Counted from the stretch's first letter, positions 28,364 through 39,439 are shown. The stretch: DNA of 64,000 bases from Anaerolineae bacterium (GCA_032111745.1 JAULUH010000280.1:23349-87348); one strand, 5' to 3'. Notes: generated by a model not told the origin, from the letters alone. Program-made: numbers and translations.

Positions 28364-28587
28364 GGTTTTGAGTTTCCTTTCATCTGGTCTGGCGCGGTGG
28401 CACTGGTATGCCACACCACTGCTGGCTTGGCGTGATTACGCCTGATTGTACCACAGAATGAAGGATGGCCTAGAGTGCCATCCCGTGTTACCAAAGGTCA
28501 TTGCCACTCATCCTAGGGGAGTGCGCGCTGGCGGTGAGCCAGCGGCCGCGACTCCAATCGAACTTACCGTGAGAACAGTGATATCCC

Positions 28588-28962
28588 ATGCTGAAGAACC
28601 TGCTGGATTCCGTGAGAGGTGTCTTTTCGCCCGGTGCTGGTGTGCCGTCTACCAGTCCAATGGAGTTGCAGGCGTGGCTCAAGGGGAAGCAGAAGCCCCT
28701 GGTCATCGACGTGCGAACGCCAAAGGAGTACGCCACCGGCCACATTGCCGAGGCCAGGCTCGTGTCGCAGGAGACCCTGCGTGAGGCCAGGGCCAAGCTA
28801 CCGAAGAACCAGCCCATCGTCTGCGTCTGCCGGTCTGGTCGGCGCAGCGCGCGGGCTTGCCGGGAACTGGCCAGCCTGGGCTTTGCCGACGTGAGCAATC
28901 TCAGCGGCGGCATGACGGCCTGGAGCGCAGCCAAGCTGCCGGTGAAGAAGAAGGGCAAGTGA
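28588..28962 (+). CDS. rhodanese-domain sulfurtransferase
   Basis: LVIDVRTPKEYATGHI with active-site loop CRSGRRS. Confidence 0.85.
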   Translation: MLKNLLDSVRGVFSPGAGVPSTSPMELQAWLKGKQKPLVIDVRTPKEYATGHIAEARLVSQETLREARAKLPKNQPIVCVCRSGRRSARACRELASLGFADVSNLSGGMTAWSAAKLPVKKKGK

Positions 28963-30722
28963 GCGGCCTGGCCCCGCCGTCGGCCAGTTCGGGCCAGGCG
29001 AGACGCAACCTGCAGCGCTTTGTTCCGGCGCTGATGTGGTTGCGCGCCTACCGGCGCCAGGACCTGGCGGGTGACCTGATGGCGGGGATCATCGTAGCCA
29101 TCATGCTGGTGCCGCAGAGCATGGCCTACGCCCAGCTGGCCGCACTGCCACCGCAGATAGGGCTGTATGCCAGCATCCTGCCGCTGGTGGTGTATGGGCT
29201 GTTAGGCAGCAGCCGGGCCCTGGCGGTGGGTCCGGTGGCCATTGTCTCCTTATTGGTGGCGAGCGGCATCAGCACTATAGCCGAGCCGGGATCGGCCGCG
29301 TATATCCAGCTGGCGCTGACCCTGGCCTTTCTGGCCGGGGTGATTCAGATCGCCATGGGAGTGGTGCGGCTGGGCTTCCTGGTGAACTTCCTGAGCCATC
29401 CCGTGCTGTCTGGCTTCACCAGCGCAGCGGCGATTGTGATCGGGTTCAGCCAGGTCAAAACGCTGCTAGGCATCCAGATCCCGCGCACTGAAGGGTTCTT
29501 CCCGTCGGTAGCTTACACGGCGCAGAACCTGGGGGCTACCAACTTCGTCACTTTGGGTATCGGCCTGGCCAGCATCGTCCTGTTGTTGTTCTTTCGCGAT
29601 CGCCTGGCCGGGCTGCTGCGCGGCTGGAAGGTGCCGGAGCAGGCGATTATGGTCATCACCAGGAGCGGCCCGCTGGTGGTGGCGGCCCTGGGTATCCTAT
29701 TGGTGGTGGCCCTGGATCTGGACCAGCGGGCTAGCGTTTCGGTCGTGGGCGAGGTGCCGGCGGGCTTACCGCCGCTGACCCTGCCCTCCATGGATTCTTC
29801 GACCTGGGCCATGTTGCTGCCGACCGCCCTGGCTATCAGCTTTGTCGGGTATATGGAGAGCATTTCGGTAGCCAAAGCGCTGGCGAGCAAGCGGCGGCAG
29901 AAGATCGACGCCGACCAGGAGCTGGTCGCCCTGGGAGCGGCTGACCTGGCGGCGTCCCTCACCAGCGGCTACCCGGTGACCGGGGGGTTCAGCCGATCCG
30001 GTGTCAACTTCGCCGCCGGCGCCAACACGGGCCTGGCCTCCATCATCACCGCCGGGCTGATTGCGTTGACGGTGATCTTTCTGACACCGCTTTTCTACTA
30101 CCTGCCCAACACTGTGCTGGCCGCCATCATTATCGTGGCCGTCCTCAGTCTGATCGACCTGGCCACCCTGCGCCACGTGTGGCGCTACAACAAGGCTGAC
30201 GCAGCGTCTTGGTTGGTGACCTTTAGCACGGTGTTGGCCTTTGGCATCGAGGCCGGCATCCTGGCCGGCGTGGTCACCAGCATCGCCCTCTACCTGTGGC
30301 GCACCAGCCGCCCGCACATGGCCGTGGTGGGACGGGTGGGTGACAGCGAGCATTTCCGCAACGTGCTGCGCCACCCCGTGCAGACCTGCCCGCATGTGAT
30401 CGCGGTGCGGGTCGACGAGAGCCTGTACTTTGCCAATACCAAGTACCTGGAGGACCAGCTATTAGCCATGGTGGCGGAGCGGCCCGAGGTGCGTTCGCTG
30501 CTGTTGATCTGCACTGCCGTCAACTTCGTCGACGCCAGTGCGTTGGAGACTCTGGAGTCGCTGGAGCAAGAGCTGCGCGATGCCGGTGTCCAGTTGTACC
30601 TCGCAGAGGTCAAAGGGCCGGTCATGGACCGGCTGCAGGCCATCGGGTTCGTGGCAGAGCTGGGGGAAGAGCGCATCTTCTTGAGCACGCATGAGGCGAT
30701 GCGCGCGTTGGCGTGCGCGTAG
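28959..30722 (+). CDS. SulP-family anion (sulfate) permease with a C-terminal STAS domain
   Basis: GTG start overlapping the rhodanese stop (GTGA). WLRAYRRQDLAGDLMAGIIVAIMLVPQSMAYAQLA is the SulP signature region. The STAS-like tail reads VIAVRVDESLYFANT...DASALETLESL. Confidence 0.88.
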   Translation: MSGLAPPSASSGQARRNLQRFVPALMWLRAYRRQDLAGDLMAGIIVAIMLVPQSMAYAQLAALPPQIGLYASILPLVVYGLLGSSRALAVGPVAIVSLLVASGISTIAEPGSAAYIQLALTLAFLAGVIQIAMGVVRLGFLVNFLSHPVLSGFTSAAAIVIGFSQVKTLLGIQIPRTEGFFPSVAYTAQNLGATNFVTLGIGLASIVLLLFFRDRLAGLLRGWKVPEQAIMVITRSGPLVVAALGILLVVALDLDQRASVSVVGEVPAGLPPLTLPSMDSSTWAMLLPTALAISFVGYMESISVAKALASKRRQKIDADQELVALGAADLAASLTSGYPVTGGFSRSGVNFAAGANTGLASIITAGLIALTVIFLTPLFYYLPNTVLAAIIIVAVLSLIDLATLRHVWRYNKADAASWLVTFSTVLAFGIEAGILAGVVTSIALYLWRTSRPHMAVVGRVGDSEHFRNVLRHPVQTCPHVIAVRVDESLYFANTKYLEDQLLAMVAERPEVRSLLLICTAVNFVDASALETLESLEQELRDAGVQLYLAEVKGPVMDRLQAIGFVAELGEERIFLSTHEAMRALACA

Positions 30723-30910
30723 CGCTCCCATATGCCGTAATCCTTTTTTCCAGAGGAACGGTATGCGGGTATATGGGAGGGCGCGTTGTGCCTTGATGCG
30801 CTCTGCCTAGCGACACGCGGCCTTTGTAGTCTGGCGCCGCCCATCAGGGCAGGTGCGATGGTGCTTCAACCAGTTTCACGCGCACTATTTGATAAGCCCT
30901 GGAATCAAGC

Positions 30911-30939
30911 TTGACACTGGAACAGACCCGTGATATGCT
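30911..30939 (+). promoter_or_regulatory. sigma-70-type promoter (TTGACA-17 nt-TATGCT) with a leader of about 260 nt
   Basis: ttgaca at 30911-30916, a 17-nt spacer, tatgct at 30934-30939. The next start codon on this strand is 31206. Confidence 0.65.
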
Positions 30940-31205
30940 GAACATAGTCCCACTTAAGCCAGAGCCTCGCATAGCACGAGGCGAATCTCATGTGAAGGCG
31001 GACCGCCGACAGCTCATCCCGGCTTGAAGTCCTGGCTCCAGCTCCCAGGCGTCACCCGCCCTGTCCCTGCCATGTTGGCGGCCTGCCCTGGTCCCTACTC
31101 TCTCGACAGGCAGGAAACAGACGGGCGCTTTCCTCCTCACCGCACCAGTGAGACGAAGAGCTGGCGTCTCTCATTCGTTGTATTTACATAAGGAGCTAAG
31201 GGAAC

Positions 31206-34200
31206 ATGATAGCAAAGACGCTACGTGTCGTCGTGCTATTGGCTTTGGTAGTCACCAGCACGGCGCTGCCTGCTTGGGCGGCGGATCCTGCGTTGCCGGC
31301 CCCGCCGCGGCCGGATGCCGACAAGGTCATCTTCTTTGCGGCCGACGGCATGCGCCCCGACCTGATGGAGCGCTACGCCGCCGCGGGGGTGATGCCCTTC
31401 TATGCTGCGATGATGCAGCGGGGTGTAAGGGGCGACAACGGTCTGGTGCAGGCTTTCCCGCCCAACACGGGCGTGGGCTGGTACACCCTGGCTACCGGTG
31501 CCTATCCAGGGGAGCATGGTTCCACCAACAATACCTTCTTCCGCACCGGCGATGCCTTCAACAACCGCACGGCGGCCTTTTCCAATGGCGTCCTGCAGGC
31601 TGATACCATCGCCGAGGCCGCCGAACGAGCCGGCAAGAAGGTTGTCGCCGTCGAGTGGGCCGGTGGCTCCCGGACCCAGACACCTCCGAAAGGCCCGGTC
31701 GTCGACTATCGCAATTTCTACTCCAACCGCGGCCTGTGGACCAACTGGGATGTCCCGGGCCAGCCTGCCGGTGCGAACGCTTTCGGGGTTCAGTACCAAC
31801 GGTTTGATCTGGCGGATGCCGCGGGCTGGAGCAACGTACCGGCCAGCTACAGCCCGGCCAAGCAAGGCATGTTCGACCTGGGATCGTATTCGAGCGGTGG
31901 CAATCCCGTGATCGCCAACGATCAATACGACTTCTACGTCTACGACGCGACCGACGACGCGGCCGCCAACTACGACCATGTCCTGATCGTGCCCAATGCT
32001 GCAGGCAAGGACGGCAACCAGAACGTTGCCGATCTGACGGCCAAGGAGTGGGCCGACGTCAAGGTGGTGCTGGCCAATCCGGCGGGCAAGACTGGTGGCT
32101 TCTACGTCAAGGCCATGCTGTTCGCCCCCGACTTAAGCCAGTTCAGCCTGTTCTTTACCTCGGTCACGCGTGCTGTTGCTACCTGCAATGGCTGCGGCTA
32201 CGCGGGAGACTTCGAGGATGACCTGAACAAGTGGTTCCCCAGCTCCACGGCGGCGGACTACGCCGTCTTCGAGTCCGGGCTGGTGGATGCGGACACCTAT
32301 GCCGAGCAGGGGCTCAAGTGGAAGGACGCTCACTACGCCTACCTGCATTACATCATTGGTACGGGTCCTGTTCCAACCGTGACCGGTGGTACCGTCAACG
32401 GCATCGGGTACAAGCCGGACCTGCTGATGATGGGCAACCCGGTCACCGACGAGTTTTCCCACATGTTCTACGGCCTGACCGTGCCCGTGGTGAACGGGCT
32501 GGTGAACCCGTACTATAACAACTACTATTCCTACGGCGAGCTCATCACACCCGAGCGGGCCGATGGCTTCCTGCGCGCAGCCTACAAGGAGGCCGACGAG
32601 ACTCTGGCTTTGGGCGAGTGGCTCATGGGCGCCAACACCACCACGTTTGCCTCCTCTGACCATGGCTTCGCCGCCCAGTGGCTGGCGGTGAACGCCGGTA
32701 AGGTGCTGTTCGACGCCGGGTTGCAGTCCAGCGGTGGGACAACTCCGACGGAGGTGTTCAGCAACTGCCGTGCTGGCACAGGCACAGGCGCCATCAACCT
32801 GGCCAAGGCCTGCTGGGCCGGCGGCACCGCGCAAATCTATGTCAACCGCACGCTGCCCACGGGCACGACGTACGAGCAGGTACGCACGGCGGTTATCAAT
32901 GCCTTCTCCAGCCTGTCCGACCCGGACAACCCTGGCGCGCAGGTCGTGCTGAAGATCCTGAAGAAGGAGGAGCTGCGCAACGTGGACGGCAGCGATTCGC
33001 TGCACCCCAGCCGCAGCGGCGACGTGGTGGTCGTGCTCAAGCCGCCCTATCAGTTCGACGCCGCGACGCTCGGGAAGACCATCGCCTTCTCGCAGTTCTT
33101 TGGCCAGCACGGCTACCTGCCGGAGACGGTGGACCTGGACAGCGGCATCAACATGCACGCCACCTTCGTGGCGGCCGGCCTGGGCATCCGGCGCATGTCG
33201 ACCGTGATCTCCGGCGTGCGAGCCATCGACCTGGCGCCGACCATTGCGTTCGCCATGAACATCCCCGGTCCCTACAACGCCCGCGGCCGGATCCTCTATG
33301 AGCTGCTGCGCCGCGATGGCCTGTTCAAAGAGGCGACAATCCTGACCCTGAGCGACTTCCACGGCCAGCTGATCCCCCTCTCCCAGGCCGCCGACACCCT
33401 CCCGGCGCCCGCGACCAATCCTACCTACTCTATCGGTGGTGCGGCCTATCTGAAGCCGTGGTTCGACGTCTACCGGGCCGAGGCCAGGAGCGGGTCGATC
33501 ACGGTGACTGCCGGCGACTCCGTCGGTGCCAGCCCGCCGATCTCGGCGTTCTTCGACGACAAGCCCACCATCGAGCTTCAGAACATGATGGGCCTGGACT
33601 ACGACACCCTGGGCAACCACAACTTCGACTACGGCCAGGAGTACCTGCGCACCGAGCTGATCCCACTGGCAGACTTCCGCTTCCTGGCGGCCAACCTGGT
33701 CGACGGGAACACACTCCAGCCTCCGCCGGAGTGGCAGCCGTCCATCATCCATCGCTTCGACGGGTTTGAGCTAGGACTGGTGGGCTACACGCTGACCGAG
33801 CTGCCCACCCTGATCTTTCCTGGCTATCTCGACCCATTCGTGGTGACGGACCCGGTATCGGCCATCAACCAGGAAGCCATGAAGCTGCGCCTGCAGGGCG
33901 CGGACGCGGTGTTCGCCGTGGGCCACATCGGCGCCCAGGGCGGCACGGTGACCAATCCGGATCCCACCAGCCCGCTGCCTGTAGTGGCGGACCAGCTCAA
34001 GGGCGTGGACGCCATCCATGGCGGCCACACTCACAGCCAGTACGTCAACCAGCGGCCCAACGGCGTCCTGCTGACCGAGGATCCCAACGCCGGCGTGCGC
34101 TTCACCCGCATCCGTATCACCGTGGAGACGCGCACGGGGCGGGTGGTCTACAAGACCGCTGACTGGCACAAGCCGTGGAATACCGGCGTGACGCCAGACC

Positions 34201-35030
34201 CGGAGATCCAGGCTGAGATCGACGCGCTGAACGCCGAGCTGGCGCCGATCTTCAGCACGATCATCGGCGACTCGACGGTGTTCATCCCGCGAGCCGACTC
34301 CTGCGGCCGGTCGGATGGGCGCCTGTGCGAGTCGCTCATCGGCGACGTGACCACCGACTCGATGCGCCAGACTTACAGCACCGACTTCGCCATCACCAAC
34401 GCCGGTGGCCTGCGGGCCGATCTCACCTGCCCAACCACGGACGTGGCCGGCGACTTCTGCCCGCCCTATACCCCGCCCCCGTATCCCATCTCGCGCGGCC
34501 AGGTGCTGGCGGTGTTGCCCTTTGGCAATGTCGTGGCGACGCTGGCGGTCAACGGCGCCGAGCTCAAGACCTACCTGGAGAACGGCGTCTCGTCCATGCC
34601 ATCGGCTAACGGACGCTTCCCCCAGGTGTCCGGTCTGTGCTTCACCTATGATATCTCGCAGCCCGCCCTCAGCCGGGTGCTGGGCGCGGTGCGCCAGCAG
34701 GCAGATGGCAGCTGCACAGGTGCCCCGGTCGACCTGACCGCGGCGGCCACCTACACGCTGGCCATCAACGACTTCATGGCCTATGGCGGCGATGGCTATC
34801 CCAACGTAGTCAATCGCATCACGACCCAGAACTTCATGGACCAGGTGCTGGCCGACTTCATCGCCGACAACACCCCGGTCAGCCCGGCCATCGAAGGCCG
34901 GATCGTCTGCACGACCTCGGGCGGTGTGGCTTGCCCGACGCCGGTCAAGGAGAGCGAGACCAGTGTGATTGGGCTGCTGGCGCCGGTCGGCACCCATCGC
35001 ACCTACTGCCCCTTGATTCCGATGCGGTAA
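31206..35030 (+). CDS. secreted fusion: alkaline-phosphatase-superfamily nucleotide pyrophosphatase/phosphodiesterase plus calcineurin-like metallophosphoesterase/5'-nucleotidase (UshA-like)
   Basis: Signal peptide [25 protein letters not shown]. The N-terminal part has [13 protein letters not shown]...[22 protein letters not shown] (NPP/AP type). From about residue 710, [12 protein letters not shown]...GDSVGASP...GNHNFDYG followed by a 5'-nucleotidase C-terminal-like region. Confidence 0.85.
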   Translation: MIAKTLRVVVLLALVVTSTALPAWAADPALPAPPRPDADKVIFFAADGMRPDLMERYAAAGVMPFYAAMMQRGVRGDNGLVQAFPPNTGVGWYTLATGAYPGEHGSTNNTFFRTGDAFNNRTAAFSNGVLQADTIAEAAERAGKKVVAVEWAGGSRTQTPPKGPVVDYRNFYSNRGLWTNWDVPGQPAGANAFGVQYQRFDLADAAGWSNVPASYSPAKQGMFDLGSYSSGGNPVIANDQYDFYVYDATDDAAANYDHVLIVPNAAGKDGNQNVADLTAKEWADVKVVLANPAGKTGGFYVKAMLFAPDLSQFSLFFTSVTRAVATCNGCGYAGDFEDDLNKWFPSSTAADYAVFESGLVDADTYAEQGLKWKDAHYAYLHYIIGTGPVPTVTGGTVNGIGYKPDLLMMGNPVTDEFSHMFYGLTVPVVNGLVNPYYNNYYSYGELITPERADGFLRAAYKEADETLALGEWLMGANTTTFASSDHGFAAQWLAVNAGKVLFDAGLQSSGGTTPTEVFSNCRAGTGTGAINLAKACWAGGTAQIYVNRTLPTGTTYEQVRTAVINAFSSLSDPDNPGAQVVLKILKKEELRNVDGSDSLHPSRSGDVVVVLKPPYQFDAATLGKTIAFSQFFGQHGYLPETVDLDSGINMHATFVAAGLGIRRMSTVISGVRAIDLAPTIAFAMNIPGPYNARGRILYELLRRDGLFKEATILTLSDFHGQLIPLSQAADTLPAPATNPTYSIGGAAYLKPWFDVYRAEARSGSITVTAGDSVGASPPISAFFDDKPTIELQNMMGLDYDTLGNHNFDYGQEYLRTELIPLADFRFLAANLVDGNTLQPPPEWQPSIIHRFDGFELGLVGYTLTELPTLIFPGYLDPFVVTDPVSAINQEAMKLRLQGADAVFAVGHIGAQGGTVTNPDPTSPLPVVADQLKGVDAIHGGHTHSQYVNQRPNGVLLTEDPNAGVRFTRIRITVETRTGRVVYKTADWHKPWNTGVTPDPEIQAEIDALNAELAPIFSTIIGDSTVFIPRADSCGRSDGRLCESLIGDVTTDSMRQTYSTDFAITNAGGLRADLTCPTTDVAGDFCPPYTPPPYPISRGQVLAVLPFGNVVATLAVNGAELKTYLENGVSSMPSANGRFPQVSGLCFTYDISQPALSRVLGAVRQQADGSCTGAPVDLTAAATYTLAINDFMAYGGDGYPNVVNRITTQNFMDQVLADFIADNTPVSPAIEGRIVCTTSGGVACPTPVKESETSVIGLLAPVGTHRTYCPLIPMR

Positions 35031-35045
35031 CCCCTAGGGCAAGTG

Positions 35046-35077
35046 ACGGGGCTGTCCGCAGCCTGGGACAGCCCCGT
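35046..35077 (+). terminator. terminator hairpin after the phosphodiesterase/nucleotidase gene
   Basis: acggggctgtcc (35046-35057) pairs perfectly with ggacagccccgt (35066-35077) around an 8-nt loop. Confidence 0.6.
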
Positions 35078-35103
35078 TAGCCTTCTAGCCGATCTGTGGA
35101 AAG

Positions 35104-35125
35104 AGACGCCCCGCGCGGGGCGTCT
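35104..35125 (-). terminator. hairpin immediately after the ypdA-like stop codon
   Basis: agacgcccc gcgc ggggcgtct, a 9-bp stem abutting the TGA (complement of 35126-35128). Confidence 0.5.
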
Positions 35126-36217
35126 TCAATTCGCCTCGATGGCCTCCACGGGGAGGTCGTACTGGCGGGCGGAAATGGTACCCAGGCGGTCCGGCCAGCG
35201 CCCCGTGATCGCCTTGACAATGCGGCCGGCGTGGACGTGCGTGTTCTCGATGAACAGGGTGTAGCGGGGCTGGCGCTCGCCGGCCGCTGCGGTGCCGGCC
35301 ACGTAGAGGCCGGGCACGTTGGTCTCCATGGTGGCAGGATCGTACTGCGGCGCACGCGCCGGGCCGGCCAGGGCCACGCCGGCCATCTCAAACAGGCGCA
35401 TGTCGGCCGCGAAGCCGGTGAGCAGCAACACGAAATCGGCCGGCTGGGCAAAGCGCTGTCCCGTGAGGGTGCCGTCCTCATCCACACGCTCGAGCACCAC
35501 GTGATCGGGGGCAATGGCCACGGGCACGGTGCGCGGCAGGAAGCCGATGGTTCCCAGCTCGATCTGGGCCTGCAGATCGGGCAGGATCCAGTGCTTGACG
35601 CTGCGCGTGTCGAACTGGTCACGGCGATAGCTCATGGTCACCCGGGCGCCGCCACGCCAGCACCGTAGCGCGGCCTCGGCTGCGGAGTTGCGGCCGCCCA
35701 CCACCAGCAGTCGCTTGCGGAAGTAGGGATGGACATCCTGGAAGTAGTGGCTGACGTGGGGCAGGTCCTCGCCCGGGATGTTGAGCCGGTTGGGCCGATG
35801 CATATCGCCACTGGCCAGGACGACGCGGCGGGCCAGGGTGAGGCGCGGGCCGGCTGCAGGTGCTGTGCGCAACAGGAAGCCGTCGTCGCTTTGCTCGATG
35901 CCCACCACTGGCTCGTAGGTGCGCACCGGCAGGTCGAACTGCTCGACGATGCCCCGCAGGTAGGCCAGGTACTCCTCGCCCGTAGTGCGCTGTTGCGTGG
36001 TGCTCTGGATGGGCACGCCTGCGATCTCGATGCGCTCGGTGGTGCTAAAGAACTGGGTGTTGCGGGGCCACCACGACATGGTGTAGCCGATTTGCCTGGC
36101 CTCGAAGTGGAGGTAGTCGACGCCGGCCAGCTTCAGGTTCACGGCCAACTCGATGCCAATAGGCCCGGCGCCGACAATGGCGACGTAGGTGGTCTGGGTG
36201 TCAATGGGAACGGTCAT
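35126..36217 (-). CDS. FAD/NAD(P)-binding oxidoreductase, YpdA-like (putative thiol-disulfide reductase family)
   Basis: [12 protein letters not shown] (GxGxxG), a second dinucleotide motif [14 protein letters not shown], and [14 protein letters not shown], which resembles YpdA-type proteins from memory. Confidence 0.7.
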   Translation of the reverse strand: MTVPIDTQTTYVAIVGAGPIGIELAVNLKLAGVDYLHFEARQIGYTMSWWPRNTQFFSTTERIEIAGVPIQSTTQQRTTGEEYLAYLRGIVEQFDLPVRTYEPVVGIEQSDDGFLLRTAPAAGPRLTLARRVVLASGDMHRPNRLNIPGEDLPHVSHYFQDVHPYFRKRLLVVGGRNSAAEAALRCWRGGARVTMSYRRDQFDTRSVKHWILPDLQAQIELGTIGFLPRTVPVAIAPDHVVLERVDEDGTLTGQRFAQPADFVLLLTGFAADMRLFEMAGVALAGPARAPQYDPATMETNVPGLYVAGTAAAGERQPRYTLFIENTHVHAGRIVKAITGRWPDRLGTISARQYDLPVEAIEAN

Positions 36218-36262
36218 GATATCTGGTCCTGAGAATAGTGTGGGCTGCTAGACTCGCGGGCG

Positions 36263-39200
36263 TTATGCCAGGGGCTGCCAGGCATCGACCTGGAACCATC
36301 CGGTACCCCATTCGTCGGTCAGCCAGCGACCGCGCAGGAGGTGAGGCTGCCAGGAAGGGGGCGCCTTGACATCTTCAGGGCCGGCTGCCACTACGAAGGC
36401 GTCGCCGTCGCCAATGAACACGCCACGCCCGCCGGTCCAGCCTGGCAAACGCACAGCGGCCACCACGAGCGGCCGCTGTGGCTCCGCAGGAAGCGCTCGC
36501 AACGGGGCGGTCGCCGGCAGACTGTCCCGGACCAGGTCCAGGGGGTGCACGCTGACCGGCTGGCCCAACACGAACTGCTCCCAGGCCAGGCGCTGGGCGG
36601 CCGGCTCGGGGGGCACCGCCTCACCGGCGAAGTCGAACGCCGTCTGGCCTGTGCTGCCGGCACGAATGATCTCCTTGGCCACGGCCAGCAGGCCGGCCCG
36701 GCTATCCCCGAGGCCATCCAGCGCACCGCATTGGATCAGGTGGGCAGTCTCCTTGGGCTGCAAAGGCACCCGGTTGAGAAGATCGCGCAGGCTCATGAAC
36801 GGCGCGCGGCGGCGCTGCCCAAGGATGGCCTGCACAGAGGCCCGGCGCATATCCCGGACCTGGCCTAGGCCCATCCAAAGCGTGGATGGCGCAGGGTCTA
36901 CAGGGGCCTGCTCCCGGCTCTCGGAGCGCGAGGATCCTGGCTGCAGGGTGAACTTGCGGCCACTGTGGTTGATATGGGGCGGGCGCACGGCGATGCCGAG
37001 GCGCACGGCCTCGGCCATGTAGATGGCGGGATGGTGAAAGCCGCCCCAGCCGCCCAGGCGCGCGGCCAGAAAGGCCGCGGGCCAGTGGGCCTTGAGATAG
37101 GCCGACCGGTAGCTGACGTCGGCGTAGGCCGTGGCGTGCCCCTGGTTGAATCCGTATCCCGCGAAGGGCAGCACCTGGTCCCACAGGGCGCGCGCCTGCT
37201 GCTCGTTCAGGCCGGGGCCTGCCGGCGGCCGTCGCAGGCAGCCGGCCACGAACACCGCCTGCAGTGCCTCCATCTCAGCGCGGCCGAAGTGGCTCATGCC
37301 GCGGCGCAGGTGGTCGGCCTGCTCCCAGGTCAGCCCGGCGACCTCGCGGGCCAGGCGCAGGATCTGTTCCTGGAAGATCAACACGCCTTTTGTTTTACCC
37401 AGGATTGGCTTCAGGGCCGGATGAAGGAAGGTTACCTCTTCCTGGCCCCGATAGCGGCGCACGAAGCTGCGGGCCATGCCGCCCATGGCGGGTCCCGGCT
37501 TGAAGAAGGCGTTGGCCACGGCCAGGTCCTGCACGGTGCGAGCCTGGAGCTGGCGCAGGGTGCGCTGAGCACCGGCTGACTCGCATTGGAACACCCCTAT
37601 GGTATCGCCACAGGCCAACATGTCCCCCGTCAGCGTATCGTCCAACGGGATGCGATCCAGATGAAAGCCCGCGTCGTAGTGGCGCCGCACCAGCTGGGCA
37701 GTGTCGGCCAGGACGGTGAGGGCTCGAATGCCCAGGAGGTCGAGCTTGGGCAGCCCGATGGCCTCCACGCCCTCAGCGTCGAACTGGGTGATCAAGAACC
37801 CCTTGGCCGTCCATTGGACGGGGACGATGTCGGTCAGTGGGCCCGGCGTGATGACCAGGCCTCCGGGGTGCACGCTGAGATGGTGCGGCTGGCCCACCAG
37901 GGGTGCTGCATCCAGGAGGACCTGGCGTAGCCGCAGGTCGTCGACCTCCGTGGCGACGTCCTCTACGGTCTTGCGCGAGCGGCGCCGAGGGTCGGGATGC
38001 CACCCGCCCGGCAGGAGTTTGATCAAAGCCTCGGTGCTCGCCTCGTCCAGCCCATAGGCCTTGGCGACCTCGCGCACGGCCGACTTGGGCCGCATGGTGC
38101 TCACCGTGGAGACCAGCGCCACCTGGGGCTCGCCAGCGCCGTCATAGACTTGGCGCACGTGTTCCAGGACCTCATCCCGTCGCCGGCTGCAGAAGTCCAG
38201 GTCAATATCCGGCGGATTGGCGCGCGCGGGGTTGAGGAACCGCTCGAACAGCAGGTCGTGTGCAATGGGGTCGACCGTGGTGATGCCGGTGCAGTAGGCC
38301 ACCAGGGAGTTGGCCACGCTGCCGCGCGTGCTGACCGGGATGTCGTGGTTCCTGGCGAAACGCACGATGCCAGCTACCACCAGAAAGAGCGGCGAATAGC
38401 CATGGGCAGCGATAGCCGCGAGCTCTGCCTGCAGGCGCTGGTGCACAACAGGCTGGGGAGCGTCGCCGAAGCGGGCCTGCAGTCCGGCCGCGGCCTCCTC
38501 GGCCAGGGCCGCGTCGGGTGTGGCGCCGGCGGGCAGTTGGAGAGCTGGCCAGATTGGCCGGCCGTCGGGCAGGGCCGGTCCACAACGCCCGGCCACCTCA
38601 GCAGCGGCGGCCACGGCACCGGGCAGGGCCGCGAAACGGCGCGCCACTTCGGTCGATGGCAGCCAGTGCAGGGTGACCCCAGGGTCGCCCTGGTCGGGCA
38701 GGGCGCTGGCAGGCACCTGGTCCAGCCGGCAATTCTGGTCGATGGCGGCCAGCAGGCGCAGGCGGGCACCATCGGCCGGGGCCAGGCCATAGACAGGTTG
38801 CACGGCCACGGCTGGAAGGCCCAGGTGGTGCCCCAGTTGCTGCACCTGTTGGGCCAGGGCCACGTCAGCCGCCTGGTGGATCTCCAGGGCCAGGTAGGCT
38901 CGATCGCCGAAGATAGCGGCCGAGCGAGCCGCCAACCGGCGCGCAGTTTGGTCGTCGCCCCGGCGCAGGAAATGCTCAAGATGGCTGCGCCGGCCACCGG
39001 CCAGGCACAGCAGTCCATCGCTATGCGTGGCCAACACATCCCAGGGTAGGCCCTGCCGGGCCAGGGTCTCCCGTTGCGGCTGGCCCTGGATCAAAGAGGA
39101 TATCCGGCACAGGGAGCGATAGCCGGCGGGATCCATGGACAGCAGCACCACCTGGTCAGACCCTGGCGCGCCCAGAGCGGCCAGATCGCCCGCTGGGGCT

Positions 39201-39427
39201 ACCGTGGCCACCATGCCCAGGATGGGAAGGATTCCCGCAGCCTGGCAGGCCCTGCTGAAGGCAACGGCTCCATACAGGGTATTGGTGTCGGTGAGGGCCA
39301 GGCGGGCCAGGCCCTGAGCAGCGGCGCGCGCCACCAGGTCCGCGACCGCGGCGGTGCCACCAAGTAGCGTATAGTGCGAGTGTACGTGCAGATGGGTGAA
39401 ACCATCAGGCGTCAAATCGCTGCCCAT
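36263..39427 (-). CDS. dnaE: DNA polymerase III alpha subunit
   Basis: PHP domain FTHLHVHSHYTLLGG, with polymerase core motifs throughout. Start at ATG 39427 (MGSDLT), since the longer ORF would run through the crtI terminator. Confidence 0.93.
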   Translation of the reverse strand: MGSDLTPDGFTHLHVHSHYTLLGGTAAVADLVARAAAQGLARLALTDTNTLYGAVAFSRACQAAGILPILGMVATVAPAGDLAALGAPGSDQVVLLSMDPAGYRSLCRISSLIQGQPQRETLARQGLPWDVLATHSDGLLCLAGGRRSHLEHFLRRGDDQTARRLAARSAAIFGDRAYLALEIHQAADVALAQQVQQLGHHLGLPAVAVQPVYGLAPADGARLRLLAAIDQNCRLDQVPASALPDQGDPGVTLHWLPSTEVARRFAALPGAVAAAAEVAGRCGPALPDGRPIWPALQLPAGATPDAALAEEAAAGLQARFGDAPQPVVHQRLQAELAAIAAHGYSPLFLVVAGIVRFARNHDIPVSTRGSVANSLVAYCTGITTVDPIAHDLLFERFLNPARANPPDIDLDFCSRRRDEVLEHVRQVYDGAGEPQVALVSTVSTMRPKSAVREVAKAYGLDEASTEALIKLLPGGWHPDPRRRSRKTVEDVATEVDDLRLRQVLLDAAPLVGQPHHLSVHPGGLVITPGPLTDIVPVQWTAKGFLITQFDAEGVEAIGLPKLDLLGIRALTVLADTAQLVRRHYDAGFHLDRIPLDDTLTGDMLACGDTIGVFQCESAGAQRTLRQLQARTVQDLAVANAFFKPGPAMGGMARSFVRRYRGQEEVTFLHPALKPILGKTKGVLIFQEQILRLAREVAGLTWEQADHLRRGMSHFGRAEMEALQAVFVAGCLRRPPAGPGLNEQQARALWDQVLPFAGYGFNQGHATAYADVSYRSAYLKAHWPAAFLAARLGGWGGFHHPAIYMAEAVRLGIAVRPPHINHSGRKFTLQPGSSRSESREQAPVDPAPSTLWMGLGQVRDMRRASVQAILGQRRRAPFMSLRDLLNRVPLQPKETAHLIQCGALDGLGDSRAGLLAVAKEIIRAGSTGQTAFDFAGEAVPPEPAAQRLAWEQFVLGQPVSVHPLDLVRDSLPATAPLRALPAEPQRPLVVAAVRLPGWTGGRGVFIGDGDAFVVAAGPEDVKAPPSWQPHLLRGRWLTDEWGTGWFQVDAWQPLA

Positions 39428-39433
39428 GCGCCC

Positions 39434-39439
39434 ATTGTA
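39434..39439 (-). promoter_or_regulatory. TACAAT -10 box 6 nt upstream of the dnaE ATG (possible leaderless transcript)
   Basis: Minus strand reads gggggTACAATgggcgcATG. There is no SD and the -35 is weak (ttcccc). Confidence 0.4.

Noticed and set aside
28415-28587. Possible riboswitch or leader between the divergent AKR and rhodanese genes.
   Set aside because: I found only an extended -10-like TGgTACAAT for the AKR gene and a 7-bp hairpin. I recognise no conserved riboswitch core, and the evidence is too weak to report as a feature.
31073-31192. A 39-codon upstream ORF in the long leader, ending inside the SD of the phosphodiesterase gene (possible leader peptide).
   Set aside because: It has no Shine-Dalgarno or other initiation signal upstream, and its composition is not coding-like. 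It is mentioned in the leader finding only as a possibility.
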